A DNA stretch of 64,000 nucleotides from assembly GCF_004010195.1 (NCBI RefSeq), contig NC_057719.1, positions 53,501,282 through 53,565,281 on the forward strand, read 5' to 3'. Both the position numbers and the translations under genes were made by a program. Origin of the DNA: Chiloscyllium plagiosum. Lineage: Eukaryota. The notes below the pieces were generated by a model. It saw nothing but the letters and a program-made list of their open reading frames with translations, did not search any database and had not been told where the DNA came from. Shown one piece after another: positions 37,671 through 50,899 of this stretch (its first letter is position 1; each line of letters starts with the position of its first letter).

Positions 37671-38330
37671 TGTGATGATGATGGTCCTTTCAAAAGGTTA
37701 TGCTGTCTTTGGCTTCTTTTTTCAGAGAGGTCGCAAAAGCAGTGATTCTGAAAAGTCTAAGTTTGAAGAGTTTTAGGGCCAGATCGATTATAGTTAACAG
37801 ATACTGCCTCAGGCAAAAAAGCTTTCAAGTTTTAAAAAAATTGTGTAATGAAAGGGAAGTGGCCAGTTCTCCCAGCTCAGCTTTTCTCTGGTTTGGTTTC
37901 ATGTGGTTTTAGCTATCTGGCTGTTCACTGAAAGCAAGCAGTCAGTTGTGAAGCTGCTGGACACAAAGAAGCAGATCCACGGTGATCCCCCCCCCTTCTC
38001 TCTGACATCTCTCCTGTAAGGCACTGTGTTTGATTTTACCTTTTGTGCCAAGTGGTGTTTATGAGGATTGTTGCAAGTATTTGGAACAGCATAATTAATT
38101 TGGGGTAATCTGTTGAGTTTTTGGACAGATTAAGTTATTCTGTATCCTGTTTTGTTCATGTTTCACTTGGTAATCTTGCAAATAAATTCTATTTTGTTTA
38201 AAACTAAGTGGTTTGACCAGCTGCATCTCTCCTGGAATATCGCTGTTGCACCTGCTTAAAACAACTGGCAAAGTTAGGGTCCGGGCTCCTTTCTTGAAAT
38301 GTTCACGAGGGTCTGGCCTGGTCCATAACA
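37671..38330 (+). repeat. 3' LTR of the Gmr1-like element, preceded by a polypurine tract
   Basis: PPT aaggagggagg ends at 37670; LTR runs TGTGATG...CATAACA. Confidence 0.85.
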
Positions 38331-39275
38331 AATGAAGGAGCTGGCCATTGACTTCAGAAAGCAAGGTGGAGGGCATGCCCCTGTCTACATCAATCGTGTT
38401 GAAGTGGAGATGGTTGACAGCATCAGGTTCTCAGGAGTGATGATAACCAACAATCCATCCTGGTCCACCCACGCTGATGCTATGGTATAAAAAGCATCAC
38501 AACACCTTTACTTCCTCAGGTGGCTAAGGAAATTCGGCATGTCTGTAAAGACTCTTTACAATTTTTATAGAAAGCATTCTTTACGGATAAATCATGGCTT
38601 GGTATGGTAACTGTTCTTCCCAGGACCACAAGAAACTACAGGGTGTTATGAACACAGCCCAGTCCATCACACAAGCCAACCAACCATTCTTTGACTCCAT
38701 CTATACTTCGCACTGCCTTGGGAAAACATCCAACATAATCAAAGGCCCCTTTTACCCCAATTATAATCTCTTCCAATGTTTTCCATTTGGCAGAAGATAC
38801 AAAAGCTTAAGCACACATACCAACAGATTCAAAGTCAGAAGTCAGACGATACCTGGTTTTTATCTAACAGGTTTATTTGAAATCACGAACTTTAGGAGCA
38901 TTGCCCTTCATCAGGGGAAGAAGGGCAAAGCTTTGAAAGCTTGTGATTTCAAATAAACCTGTTGAATTATAACCTACTATTGTCTGACTTCTGACCTTGT
39001 CCACCCCAGTCCAACACCGGCACATCCACATCTTGGCTACTAGCAGATTCAAGAACAGTTTTGTCTCCAATGTTATTAAACTTCTGATTGGACCTCTCAA
39101 ATTTTAAATTTAATGTTGATCACATTCTTTATGCACCTTCTCCGCAGCTGCAACATTGTATTCCTCACTCTGTTCTATTACCCATATGAACTTTGATCTG
39201 CCTGCATTGCAAGCAAAACCAAACATTTCACTGTACCATGGTAAATATGACAATAATAAATTAAATCAAATCAAA
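38331..39275 (+). mobile_element. Rex1/Babar-like LINE 3' fragment
   Basis: KELAIDFRK, LYFLRWLRKFGMS, MAWYGNCSSQDHKKLQ; tail caataataaattaaatcaaatcaaa. Confidence 0.75.
38834..39037. mobile_element. Penelope-derived fold-back insert with back-to-back hammerhead motifs (family B-like)
   Basis: Arms meet at ttcatcagg|ggaagaagggc; TSD ac(c/t)a(a/g)cagattcaa at ~38819-38833 and ~39038-39052. Confidence 0.8.
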
Positions 39276-42079
39276 AAAACTCAAACTGTGATACTGCCCT
39301 CCTTCAGGAAGACAGGTTTTTCAGGCCTCCAACTATTTTCCCACAACACAATAATCCAGAAAATGTGGGAGGCAACATCATGTAGCAAGCTGACATCAGA
39401 TCTGATGAACATCATTCTGAGGACCCTTTTGCACACTCAACACCATTGTGTGAACTTTTTTCCTCAGTTTGGATGCAGAAGAATTGCAATAATACAGGTC
39501 CACATGGAATATCATGCATGCTCTTAAAAATATTAACTCAAGGATGGGGCAATTGAAGTGGTGTAGAATAATGATTAGGTTCAGTCCAAAAGCTAACCAC
39601 CTGCAACAATCAAATCGAATTGAAAGCAAAAGTGTTTTTAATCATTCCAGACTCATGGAAAATTCAAAGACCTCCAAAATTATTTTGATTCAGGAATTCC
39701 TCACTTAGACCCTGAAGATTTGGTGCTGACAGCTGTAATGCCACACAAAACTCTGTGTCATAGAGGTGGCCGTGATACAAATCCCATACCAACCGTGTGG
39801 TGTGCTTCACCAGTGACTCTCATGTTACCATATGGCTGGTGGTGACTGAGCCCAGGACAGATTCAGGCAGTTCTTCAGAAGTTGAAGTCACATGGAGAAA
39901 ACATCCACCTCAATTTCCTCAGATGGAAAAGTTTCCTACATTATAAATGCTTGGCAAGGTCCCTGGAAACTGCCAGCTGTCTGTCCCATTGAGAAGCAGA
40001 GAGTAAATAAGTGCAGATGTTTCTTGGATGTAATGCTCTGGGGTCAGCAGAACTATACATCAAAATGGAGACTGGTATCTCAATATTAAATTAACCCTTT
40101 GTTTTCCCAAATTCTATGGAAACTGTCAGCTTTTCAGTTAGCAGATGTCTGAAAGTAGTCAGGGATTTATATGTGTCTTCAAATGATAAATTGGCATTTT
40201 TTATTTGTATAATCATCATATGAAATGCCAGCTAAGCTATGGCTGATTGCTCTGCTGGGACCACACAAACCAAGGCATTTCTCTGAGTATGCATGGGACC
40301 AAATTAATTCAGGGTTTAATCTTGCTTTTTTTTTATCAACTACCCAGGGCAGTTGATAACATTTCAGTAAGAAAACATTTTGAATAATGATTCAGAATGA
40401 GTGACAGGTGGTGACTTTGACATTCCTGTCATACCAGATTTTAAAAACTATGCTCACGTTGTCGGATTCATATGAGTGGAGTATAAATGGAGGTTTGGAA
40501 AGATATCAGGATGAAGCTTTGATTTCCCCTGTGCATCTTCATACAACAAGAGATTCTAGTGTAGTGAACTGAAGCTCTTGCTAATCCATGACTGCATGAT
40601 TGGATTTTAAAATTTCCCAGCTCTGCTGTACTGCAAATGTTCAATGTGTCAGATAGAAGCTGCAGTCACCAGTGGGATAAATAGAAAGGTAGTAAGACAT
40701 AAGTATTGGAAGTACAGTAGCACAATTTTTGAAGCGAAAGACTTTGGAAGAGATCTAAAAAACCTCACTGCTCGTACTCTCATATTAATCACAAAGTGAT
40801 TGGAATACATGAATTGTACTGTTGGCATTAAATAGAGAAAGGTACTTTGGGTGAGACTCAACATCAATACTAATACTTGGGGTTATTTTTTCCAAATCCA
40901 GCAAATTCCCAGAAGTGTATTTTAATTACACCATGTCTGCACAGTTTGTAGAGTACGTTTTTAACCTAGATTTAACCAAACAGAATCTCCTTCTCACCAC
41001 TAAACTTGGCAAATTATTGGTTACATTTACCTGTATTGAGGAAATTAGGACTTTTCTTGTTGCAGAATTTTATTATTTCTGCCAAGCTTAACTCCTTTAT
41101 TTAAAATAAAAAGAAAATTGAACCATTTGCAATCTTATCTCAAAAGTGACAATAATTTAAGATGTATTTGTTGATATTAAATATTACAGAATCGCTGAAT
41201 GGATGGTTACAGCACTGAATAGGAGTCCTCAGTGGACAGAAGGAAGGCACGTTAAGTGATTTAATTAGGTAGAACACAAATTTTCAATTTTTTGACAACA
41301 GGTTGAGGTGTAGAGATAAAAGCGTCAATTTTCATTTGAGGTGGAATCTTTTGGGGTCTGCTCAGTGTGAGCTATGATGCAAAACATGGCAGAATCGAGC
41401 AAGATTAGCAGCAAGACCTTGTGGTATTGAGATGAACTCACTGCATTTTTTAACTAAGTTCCAGGCATTGAAGGGATTTCTTGCTTGGCAGCAGCTTATT
41501 AAGATGGAATTGTCACTTGTTAATGACCTTAGTAATTACACAACCTGCCTCGTTATGATGCAACTTTCCATTCTAGTGCCCACCATGAGCAAATTACATG
41601 CTGAGAATTTTTGACATAGATGTCAGAAGGGATATTCAATGACATTAACTTAGTACTGGCTATGAATATCCTCACCACACAATAAACCCTTAGAGTACAA
41701 TCCATGAGCACTAGCCACACTCACCCCCTTGTCCAAGGACATTGGCATCCAGTTATCGCCAACCTTTCAGGTTCCTTTTTGAGACCTCTGCAATCCACTT
41801 GCAGAATGTTTAGGATATTTACACCTGCATTTCAGGAGGTCCTTACAGAGCTTTGAATTCAATTATTATGGTTAAGCTACCTCGGCTGTCTGATATTGTC
41901 CCTTACAATGCATAGAAAGGAGGACCAGCTGAGCCTACAAGTTCAACTATGTTCCAAAGAATACTGAAATTGATCTTGGGCATGAATATCTGAAGGAGCA
42001 ACTTATCCAGTGCCACCTGCTCCCCATAGCTTTACACATTCTACTTTCTCAGATAATTGACCAATTATCTCTAAGACCA

Positions 42080-43790
42080 GAAACCATCAGACCGTAAAAC
42101 ATGGAAGATTAGTAGGTGATTCAGCTTATCAAGTCTGCTCCAACATTTCCCCATGATCCTTTTCCCCATATCCTGTGATTCCCTTACTGATTGAAAATCT
42201 TTCTTTTTCTGCTGTGAGTATATTTAATGACCAAACCTCACCAACCCTCTGTGGTAAAGAATTCCACAGATTCACAACCCTCTGAGCAAGGAATTGCTCC
42301 TCATCTCTGTCTTTAATGTGGTACTGCTTAATGGTAAGATTATGTCCTCTGATTCTATACTCTCCAACAAGGACTAACAGCTTTTCTGAACTACCCTGTC
42401 AAGTCCTCTAAGTATAAATCATGCTTAAATAATGGTAGCTTCTCATTCTTCAGTTTTACAATGAGTATAGTCTGAATCTACTCAACTTCTCCTCATAAGA
42501 CAGCCCTGCCATACCTGGTGTCAGCCTAATGAACTTTCTCTGGACTGCTTCCAATATATCCATTATATCTTTCATTACATAAGGGGTCCAAACTGTTCAC
42601 TATATTCTAGCTATGGTCTGACTAGGGCCTTTGTATAGTTTTAGCAAAACCTCCCTACTTTTACATTCCATTCTCTATGTAATGAAGGCTAGCATACCAT
42701 GTGCCTTTCCTATTACCTACTGAACCAGGATGCTAGTTTTTTGTGATTTATGGATGAGGGCTCCCAAATCTCTCTGTTCTGTCACTTGTGCAGTTTTCTC
42801 TATTTACATAATATTCAGCTCATCTACTCTTTTTGCAAAAGTCCATAGTTTCACATTAACCCGCATTATATTTTCTCCAGGTTTTTGCTCACTGTATCTG
42901 TCTATATTCTTCGATAGACTCTGTGTTATCCTCATTAATTGTCTTTCCACCTATCTTTGTGTCTACCTCTTACAAGATTCAATTAAATCTGCCTCTATCA
43001 CAATCTTAGGTAATACATTCGGCATCCTGAATTCTTGCAATTAAAAAAAGATTTTCCTTGTTTAATATTTTATCTGTGAATTGTTTTAAATTTGTTCTCT
43101 AGTTCTTGATTCTTCCAATAATGAGAATATTTTGTTCCTGTCTTTACTCTGTCTAAACACCACGCAATTTGGTATTGCTCCTTCAAATCTCCTCTCAACT
43201 TTGTCTTATCTGAGGAAAATAGGCCAAACCAATTCAATCTACTGATATAACTGAAGTCTTGGAAGATATTTTATGAATTTTCTTGCACTCTCTTCAATGT
43301 TTCATATATTTTCTAGAGTCTGTGCACAGATCTGAATGTAACATTCCAATTGAGACCAAACCAGCATGTTATGCACGTTTTAGCGTAAGCTTCTTTCCTT
43401 TATACTCTATTCCTCTATCAGTGAAGCTTAGGATGCTGTATACTTTATGAACTGTTTGCTAAATCTAGTTTTGCCACCTTCAATAACGTATTCACAAAAA
43501 TGCCTAGGTTTTCCACATTGCAGCTCCAGTAGAACAGTACCACCTATTTTTTACGATGTCTTCATTTTCCTCCAACCAAAAAAAGTTTCACATTTCTCTG
43601 TATTAAATTTCATCTGTTATGTGCCTGCTCATTCCAGCAACCTGTCTCCATCCTTTTGAAGTTACACACTATCGTTCTTATATTTCCATATTTTATATCA
43701 TCCAAAAATTTTGAAATTTCATCCTATACAACAGGGCATTAATATATATCACAAAAAACAAGGGTCCTAACACCAATCCCTGGGGAACAC
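42080..43790 (-). mobile_element. Two adjacent degenerate CR1 3'/RT fragments (~42080-42960 and ~42970-43790)
   Basis: Reverse-complement CR1 motifs aagaattccacagattcac and ccaatccctggggaacacc (GVPQG.VLG). Confidence 0.7.
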
Positions 43791-46700
43791 CACAAAAAAA
43801 ATTGTCTTCCAGTCCAAAGATATTAATTTGGTAATGTTTTTCTTTCACGAAAATCTGGCAGAGGGTATTCATAAGTTTTTACAGAACCCGCCATTTTTTA
43901 TCCCATTGATATTCATAGAATGAAAATCAGATGGTTTCCATAAAGCGTAAATAATATATTTTTTTCAGATTTAACAAAATCTGACAAAATAGTTTTGTTA
44001 TTTCCCACTTTTAACTTTAATTTTAATGCTCAACTTAATTTGTGCGTATGATACAAACCTTGATAATGTAAGTATAATACAAAATCACAAAACAATTTTA
44101 GTTGAGAGAGATATGAATGCTCTCCCCTATATGGTGCACTTCATGTGTTCATAATAACTCCTGAGAATTTTTTGCTTTGTCTTTCCTTATGAAATGATAA
44201 CCAGAGTACCTCAGCTCAGCATTGACTTCCTCTCGATTTCTCTATAGCCACTTTCTTCCATGCAGTTACAATTATCTTCAATTGAACACACAGAAGATTA
44301 TGCCATCCTTTTTGCCAACTCCATCATCAGCTTAGTACCCTTAACATGAAATTCATCCAGCCACTTGGCTTTTGTCTCACATTAAACTAGTCAGTTTGTA
44401 ACTCTCAGGTACTTTTTGACTCCATGACATCTATCGTACATAGATGGCTTACTTCCCCCTTTGTTCATACAAAACTTTGATTAATCCCACACCAAATCCC
44501 ATTCATCCATCATTCATGTCCTTGCTGAGTTGTTTTGACTCTGAGTTCCAAATATCTTCAATTTAAAGCTGTGAGATTTGTGCTTAAGTCTGTTCATGAC
44601 CATGTCCTTCCTTAGCTTTGCAATCTCCTACAGCATCAAGGATCTGACTTAAGAGGATAGAGGAAAAGATCTTGGCCTTTTCAGTCAAGAAAGGATATAT
44701 TTGAGATCTAATTTTACCTACTTGTAAAGGACTTAAGGAAAGCTAACATAGAATGTTATTTGTAAGTAAACTTTGGAATCAAACTTGAGGACTCTGACTA
44801 ATTAATAAAGAAGTAACTTTTAAGACTAATAAAAGCAACTTTTTCCTCACATGGAGTTTAATGTGTGAAACAGACTTCCAGCCAAATTAATGAAAAAGAT
44901 CAATAAATTAAGATCATTTTCCTCAATCATAATTATTGGGATTAATGTGATCTGTGCACAAAGATTTATACACAATCCAAGTGACACTTATCTGATGCAG
45001 ATGTTTGTAATGGTCAGGTTTGTTTGCAGCAAAGTATCATTTTTTTCCCAGTATTATGTGCCTATGAAGTGAAGTTTTGAATTATTGGTAACAAATACAT
45101 TAGTTCTTTTTTTTTGCTGTTAATGTTTATTGAGCCAGCTAAAGTCATATTGCCTCTGTAAACTGCAAAATACATTTCACTTGTTGAGGTAGAGACACTG
45201 AGGAATTCCATCTGCTCCATTATTCACTGAGTTCTGACAAATAATCCAGAATAATTCAAGACTTGCCAGTTTCTGGAAGGAATGGGGGCCCAGGCTGAGG
45301 GCTGGCACAGCTTCAGCAGCAGCAATCCTAGTATATGGTGATGGCTGTTACTGGTTATTGTGTATGAGAAGCACTTCGGACACAGAGGCATTCCCTGGAT
45401 CTGGGGATGCATTTAATTTGTCATGATCACCTGTTAAAGAAGGGTTTTTCAGTAGGAAGTTAGTAGGTGCTTGCCAGGGCTTACCTTGGAGGTTTCTCCA
45501 TGTCACATTAATACCATATGGGTAAAATTCCCATGCATGGATATGTGGTGGCTGTTAATTAGGCTTAATTGTCTGCCTGATGGGTGGCCGTATTGCTGAC
45601 GTTCCCACCATTAGCAATATACCATATGGCAGGAAGACATTGGACTGCCCTCCGAACAGCTTCCTGTGTTTTACTGCACCCTGGCTCACCTGTAGTACAG
45701 TTCCATGTCTGACAATTGCAGCATTTGGCTTCAAGTCAAATAACATACGCACCCAATTTCTTCAGCTAATAGGCACCACCTGAACTCCTGTCACAGCACC
45801 ATGGCCTGACTTTGTGATCAACAATGAAGCAAGGGTGCTCATATAAATCCAGGGGCTGCCTTGGTTATATCAACAATGATGTCAGCAAGATGTTGGCAAA
45901 AAATCAAATTGAAGGATTTATAGACAGCAAATCAGGAAAGTAATACCTCTTGAAATCTTTCACTTAATTTTCAGAATGACAAAAAATACTTATCTCTGTA
46001 TTATGTTAGAAATTACACTAAAGACAAACAGACATATATTTAAAAAAAATGATTTTATGGATTTTCCTCCAGCTTGTGGTCCAAATCAGAGGCATTTTTG
46101 ACAGGCGCATAACATGGAGTACATTATAATATTACACTCAAGGGAAGCTAAAACAATGTCATGGACCATCTAGAAACAGGTCCTAGATTGGTGAAAAACA
46201 CACATATGAGCAAATAACTTGCAAATAAAACAGAATAAATGATTAAATATCAAGTTTAACTGCCATTGTTCTGATGAAAGATAATCTCTTATTTTTCTCT
46301 ATTGCATATTTATAGCATTTTCTATTGTTATGCTGATGCACTTTATGTATCTTGAAGTCATTAAACCTTGATGTGTTCACCGGACAACATTTTAAAAGGA
46401 AAAGGAGTAGATTATCTGAGAGTGGCAGACTTCAGTTCTACAAAGTTGAGTGATTCACAAAAGGCTTTGCATCCAAAAGTCAATTATAGACAGTGAACTG
46501 AGCAGATATTGTTGATAGCTTCAGCTCTTAGCTTTTACACAACGTATTGCAAGGCATCCTTGAGACCTGCAGGTAATTTAAAAATACTCAATTCGTGACA
46601 ATTCTAATTTGGACCATAAAATATCACGTGAAACAATCTTTAACTTCTTATCTTCTATTATACCACATAATTAATCACTTCCCACATACAGAAACTGCTG

Positions 46701-46924
46701 AGGCTAAAGGTTTTATTAACTAATCCTGTATGATTTACAGTAATAAGAAAAAGTAATCTTTTCATAATATAGATCAGAATAGATTGCATGGTATTCAATA
46801 TCAAATTTCTGTGTTTTTGGAACTTTTGTATTCCAGATGATGCACCATGCTTTTGAAAGTTAGGTTGTTTTTAGTCTTTCAATTAGCCTAAACTTTAATA
46901 ATAAATATAATGAATTAAGTCTTA

Positions 46925-48412
46925 TGCATATTTGTATCATCGATAGTCACAGGTGAGTTGCCAGAGACTGGAGGTTGGCAAACATGGTACCACTGTTTAA
47001 GAAGGGTGGTAAAGACAAGCCAGGGAACTATAGACTGGTGAGCCTGACCTCAGTGGAGGGAATCCTGATGGACAGGATGTACATGTATTTGGAAAGGCAA
47101 GGACTGATTCGAGATAGTCAACATGGCTTTGTGCGTGGGAAATCATGTCTCACAAACTTGATTGAGTTTTTTGAAGAAGTAACAAAGAAGATTTATGAGG
47201 GCAGAGCAGTGGATGTGATCCATATGGACTTCTGTCAGGCATTCGACAAGGTTCCCCAATGGAGACTGATTAGCAAGGTTAGATCTCATGGAATACAGGG
47301 AGAACTAGCCAAATGGATGCAGAACTGGCTCAAAGGTAGAAGACAGAAGGTGGTGGTGGAGGGTTGTTTTTCAGACTGGAGGCCTGTGACCAGTGGAGTA
47401 CCACAAGGATCGGTGCTGGGCCTTCTACTTTTTGTCATTTACATAAATGATTTGGATGCGAGCATAAGAGGTACAGTTAGTAAGTTTGCAGATGACACCA
47501 AAATTGGAGGTGTAGTGGACAGCGAAGAGGGTTACCTCAGATTACTCTCTGGACCAGATCTGGACCAGATGGTCCAATGGGCTGAGAAGTGGCAGATGGA
47601 GTTTAATTCAGATAAATGCGAGGTGTTGCATTTTGGAAAAGCAAATCTTGGCAGGACTTGTACACTTATTAATGGTAAGGTCCTAGGGAGTGTTGCTGAA
47701 CAAAGAGACCTTGGAGTGCAGGTTCATAGCTCCTTGAAAGTGGAGTCGCAGGTAGATAGGATAGTGAAAAGGCGTTTGGTATGCTTTCCTTTATTGGTCA
47801 GAGTATTGAGTACAGGAGTTGGGAGGTCATGTTGCGGCTGTACAGGACATTGGTTAGGCCACTGTTGGAATATTGCATGCAATTCTGGTCTCCTTCCTAT
47901 CGGAAAGATGTTGTGAAACTTGAAAGGGTTCAGAAAAGACTGACAAGGATGTTGCCAGGGTTGGAGGATCTGAGCTACAGTGAGAGGCTGAACAGGTTGT
48001 GGCTGTTTTCCCTGGGGTGTCGGAGGCAGAGGGGTGACCTTATAGAGGTTCACAAAATTATGAGGGGCATGGATAGGATAAATAGGCAAAGTCTTTTCCC
48101 TGGGGTCAGGAAGCCCAGAACTAGAGGGCATAGGTTTAGGGTGAGAGAGGAAAGATATAAAAGAGACGTAAGGGACAACTTTTTCACGCATAGGGTGGTA
48201 CGTGTATGGAATGAGCTGCCAGAGGTTGTGGTGGAGGCTGGTACAATTACAACATTTAAGAGGCATTTGGATGGATATATGAATAGTAAGGGTTTGGAGG
48301 GATTTCGGCCGGGTGCTGACAGGTGGGACTAGAGTGGGTTGGGATATCTGGTCGGCATGGATGGGTTGGACCGAAGGGTCTGTTTCCATGCTGTACATCT
48401 CTATGACTCTAT
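46925..48412 (+). mobile_element. Young 5'-truncated CR1 (RT and 3' UTR)
   Basis: 313-aa and 183-aa overlapping ORFs with NYRLVSLTSV, GVPQGSVLG and KFADDTK; frameshift near 47770; tail ctctatgactctat. Confidence 0.95.
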
Positions 48413-49194
48413 ATTCTGGCGTTTTGTCTTTGATGAAATATGGGAGCTGTATTAAATGTTTCAAAAGTCACAAATTCCAGCAAAAATTATGAAGTGCTAT
48501 GGGTAGCTGTCTGCTGAACAACTCATTGTTCAACTTCCTCTTTCTCTTTTCTCTATTTGCGATTATTGTTTTCCTTGCTTATTTTTTAGTTTTTCGGTAA
48601 TTTGTTCCTATTGTTGTTATAAATACAGCTCCCAGGTTGCATGCTGACCTCCATGCTGAGGCCTGTGGGAAGTCAGACAGGGCTGCAAATTCATTTTGGA
48701 GTGCAAGTAGCCTCAGTCTTCTGCTGAGACACTACTGCCAGGTGGCTAAGGGTAACTTGACACTTCTAGCACAGAGAGTCGTCCTGGAAAATTAGATATC
48801 ATCCTTTGCTGGAATGAATTTACATGCACATCCACATTTATCCTGGTCTACTGGGCCCTAAAGATTCAGCCCATATTATGAACAGAAAGTAGGATGTACG
48901 GTCAAGAGTGCATTGCTGATGTCATTTCAAAGATAATTTTCTGCTGAATGTCTGTCCATCACACTTCAAAGCATTGTAGTTATAAAGCTAAGGGAAAGGA
49001 AGTTAGTGATTTTTATTCATTTAATGACCTTGATAATGTGGCGCCGTTCAAAAGAATAGACTGGGATTTACAAGAGGACAATGTACAGAGAATCGCATTA
49101 ATAATTAATCTTTAAACAACATTCAGAATATGATCTACAATTAAATCACTTCGCACAAACTGTTTGAGTACAGTTCTTTAGTGCTGAATATGAC

Positions 49195-49560
49195 ATGAGA
49201 TATCATAAGACTAAAAGATATTGGAGCAGATTTAGGCAATTTAGCCCATTGAGTCTGCTCTGCCATTTGATCGTGACTGACATGTTTTCAACCTCATTTC
49301 CTTGCCTTCTACTTGTTACCCTTAATCCCCTTACTGACCAAGAACCTATCTATCTCTACCTCAAATACACTCAATGGCTTGCCCTCCAAAGCCTTCTGCG
49401 GCAGCGAATTCCACAGAATAACTGCCCTCCGGTTAAAGAAATTCCTGCTCCTCTCAGTTCTAAAGGGTTGTCCCTTCACTCTGAGTCTTTGCCCTTTGGT
49501 TTCGTGTTTCTTACTAGTGGAAACATCCTCATATACACTCTATTCAGGCCTCTCAGTACT
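49195..49560 (-). mobile_element. CR1 3' fragment
   Basis: cataagactaaaagata tail; gaattccacagaataac; ctagtggaaacatc. Confidence 0.75.
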
Positions 49561-50301
49561 CTGAGCAACAGCAGTGGATTCGGTTATTTTTGTGAGTATA
49601 TAATAATTTTAAGATATTATTTGCTTGTTAGATTTTGCAGGAAGAATTCTGCTGAATTTATGTAATGGTTTAAATTGGCCCTCCCTTCAACAAAATAATT
49701 TAAAATTGTCATTATATCCTATTGAGTGAAGATATAATTGTGGTTTTAAATTCAGTGTCTTTGGAAACTAATACATGTTATGCTTGTTCGGTGTGGGGTA
49801 TGTAGAACAACAACAGAAAGGGTAGAGAATCATAATAAGCAAATGAACATCCCATAGAGGGAGCCATTGTAAAAGATCACAGCAGCACTGAAACACAGAA
49901 GCCCTGGATAGATCTGCCACATCACGTTTGTCAGACCTGGGAGCTCTTGCTGCTAGAGGCCAAAGAAAATTAGGACAATAGAAATTCACTTGTAATTGAA
50001 TGAAGTAGGTAAGTACAAAATGCTTCAAAATGGATGCTTACATCCTGATGAAAAATACAACCTTCGTATTCATTGGCAAAAAAAAAAGAATCAATCTACT
50101 TAACAAATGGAGTATCAGTGAAGAAAACAAATTGAATATTTTGTAAGAATGGTTAGAAATAAAAGCTAGATCTGGAATGTGTTTTTTTGATAAGTTTTGG
50201 AAATATACATTATCTGAAAAGAAAAGAAAATCTTGCAGAGCTATCGGGAAAGCAAGGGAGTTGGGCTTAATAGTCTTGTACATAGCTGACATGGACACAA
50301 T

Positions 50302-50437
50302 GGGGTAAAAACAATGACTGCAGATGCTGGAAACCAGATTCTGGATCAATGGTGCTGGAAGAGCACAGCAGCTCAGGCAGCATCCGAGGAGCTTCAGCAA
50401 AATCAACGTTTCGGGCAAAAGCCCTTCATCAGGAATA
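50302..50437 (-). mobile_element. Penelope-derived mini-insert (family A variant)
   Basis: Family tail cagcatctgcagtcattgtttttacccc on the minus strand; insert starts about 5 nt before the ribozyme core. Confidence 0.85.
50401..50437 (-). ncRNA. Best-preserved minimal hammerhead ribozyme motif (family A)
   Basis: tattc-CTGATGA-a-GGGC-tttt-GCCC-GAAA-cGTT-gatt; all core nucleotides and stem II intact; palindromic AACGTT. Confidence 0.75.
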
Positions 50438-50899
50438 ATCAGGCCAAGTATCTTTTTTCTGTTAGTATGGTGTTATTATTTTGGATTTCTATTGTATGGT
50501 TCCCTAATTTATGGGATATTTATAACTTGCTTTTTGCCAATAGCAAATGTTACTGTCCTTACATACAGCCATGCTGCCATTCCCTCAACAATACAATGTG
50601 CTTTCCATTTCATATCAGTCCAATATTAGGAATGCAATTTCAAAGTTAAGACTTGATTTGATTCTAGAAAGCACCAAAAGTAGACATTGCAGAGGAACTC
50701 GACCAACAGGTTCACACAAACAGCATGGAATGTCAGCCAAGGTTAAAATGTACTCAGGTGGTTTAACAGATCTGCTGACATTTTATAAACATAAACACAG
50801 CATTTTGAAGGCTGTGTGAGTGTTGTGTTTCGACCTATAGTTCCAAAGATAAAAGATTTACTAGTTGAGGAGTGACATTCTGCATGTACATGTTGGGCA

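Larger units (their letters stand above)
33130..38330 (+). mobile_element. Gmr1-like Gypsy LTR retrotransposon (gag-PR-IN-RT-RH plus 3' LTR), decayed, 5' LTR absent
   Basis: SCAN-like Gag, CCHC knuckle, protease ILRDAGSSQS (~34004), integrase (~34678-35500) before RT (~35950-37100) and RNase H (IDASDVG, ~37237). Confidence 0.92.

Noticed and set aside
12245..41377. Possible + strand gene from exon-like pieces at 12245-12304 (MDIAEVRARG...|gtaagc), 19540-19633 and ~41302-41377
   Set aside because: The middle piece has stops in all three frames and none of the peptides is recognisable.
47724..48464. 246-aa minus-strand ORF
   Set aside because: Antisense frame of the young CR1 with no independent protein motifs.
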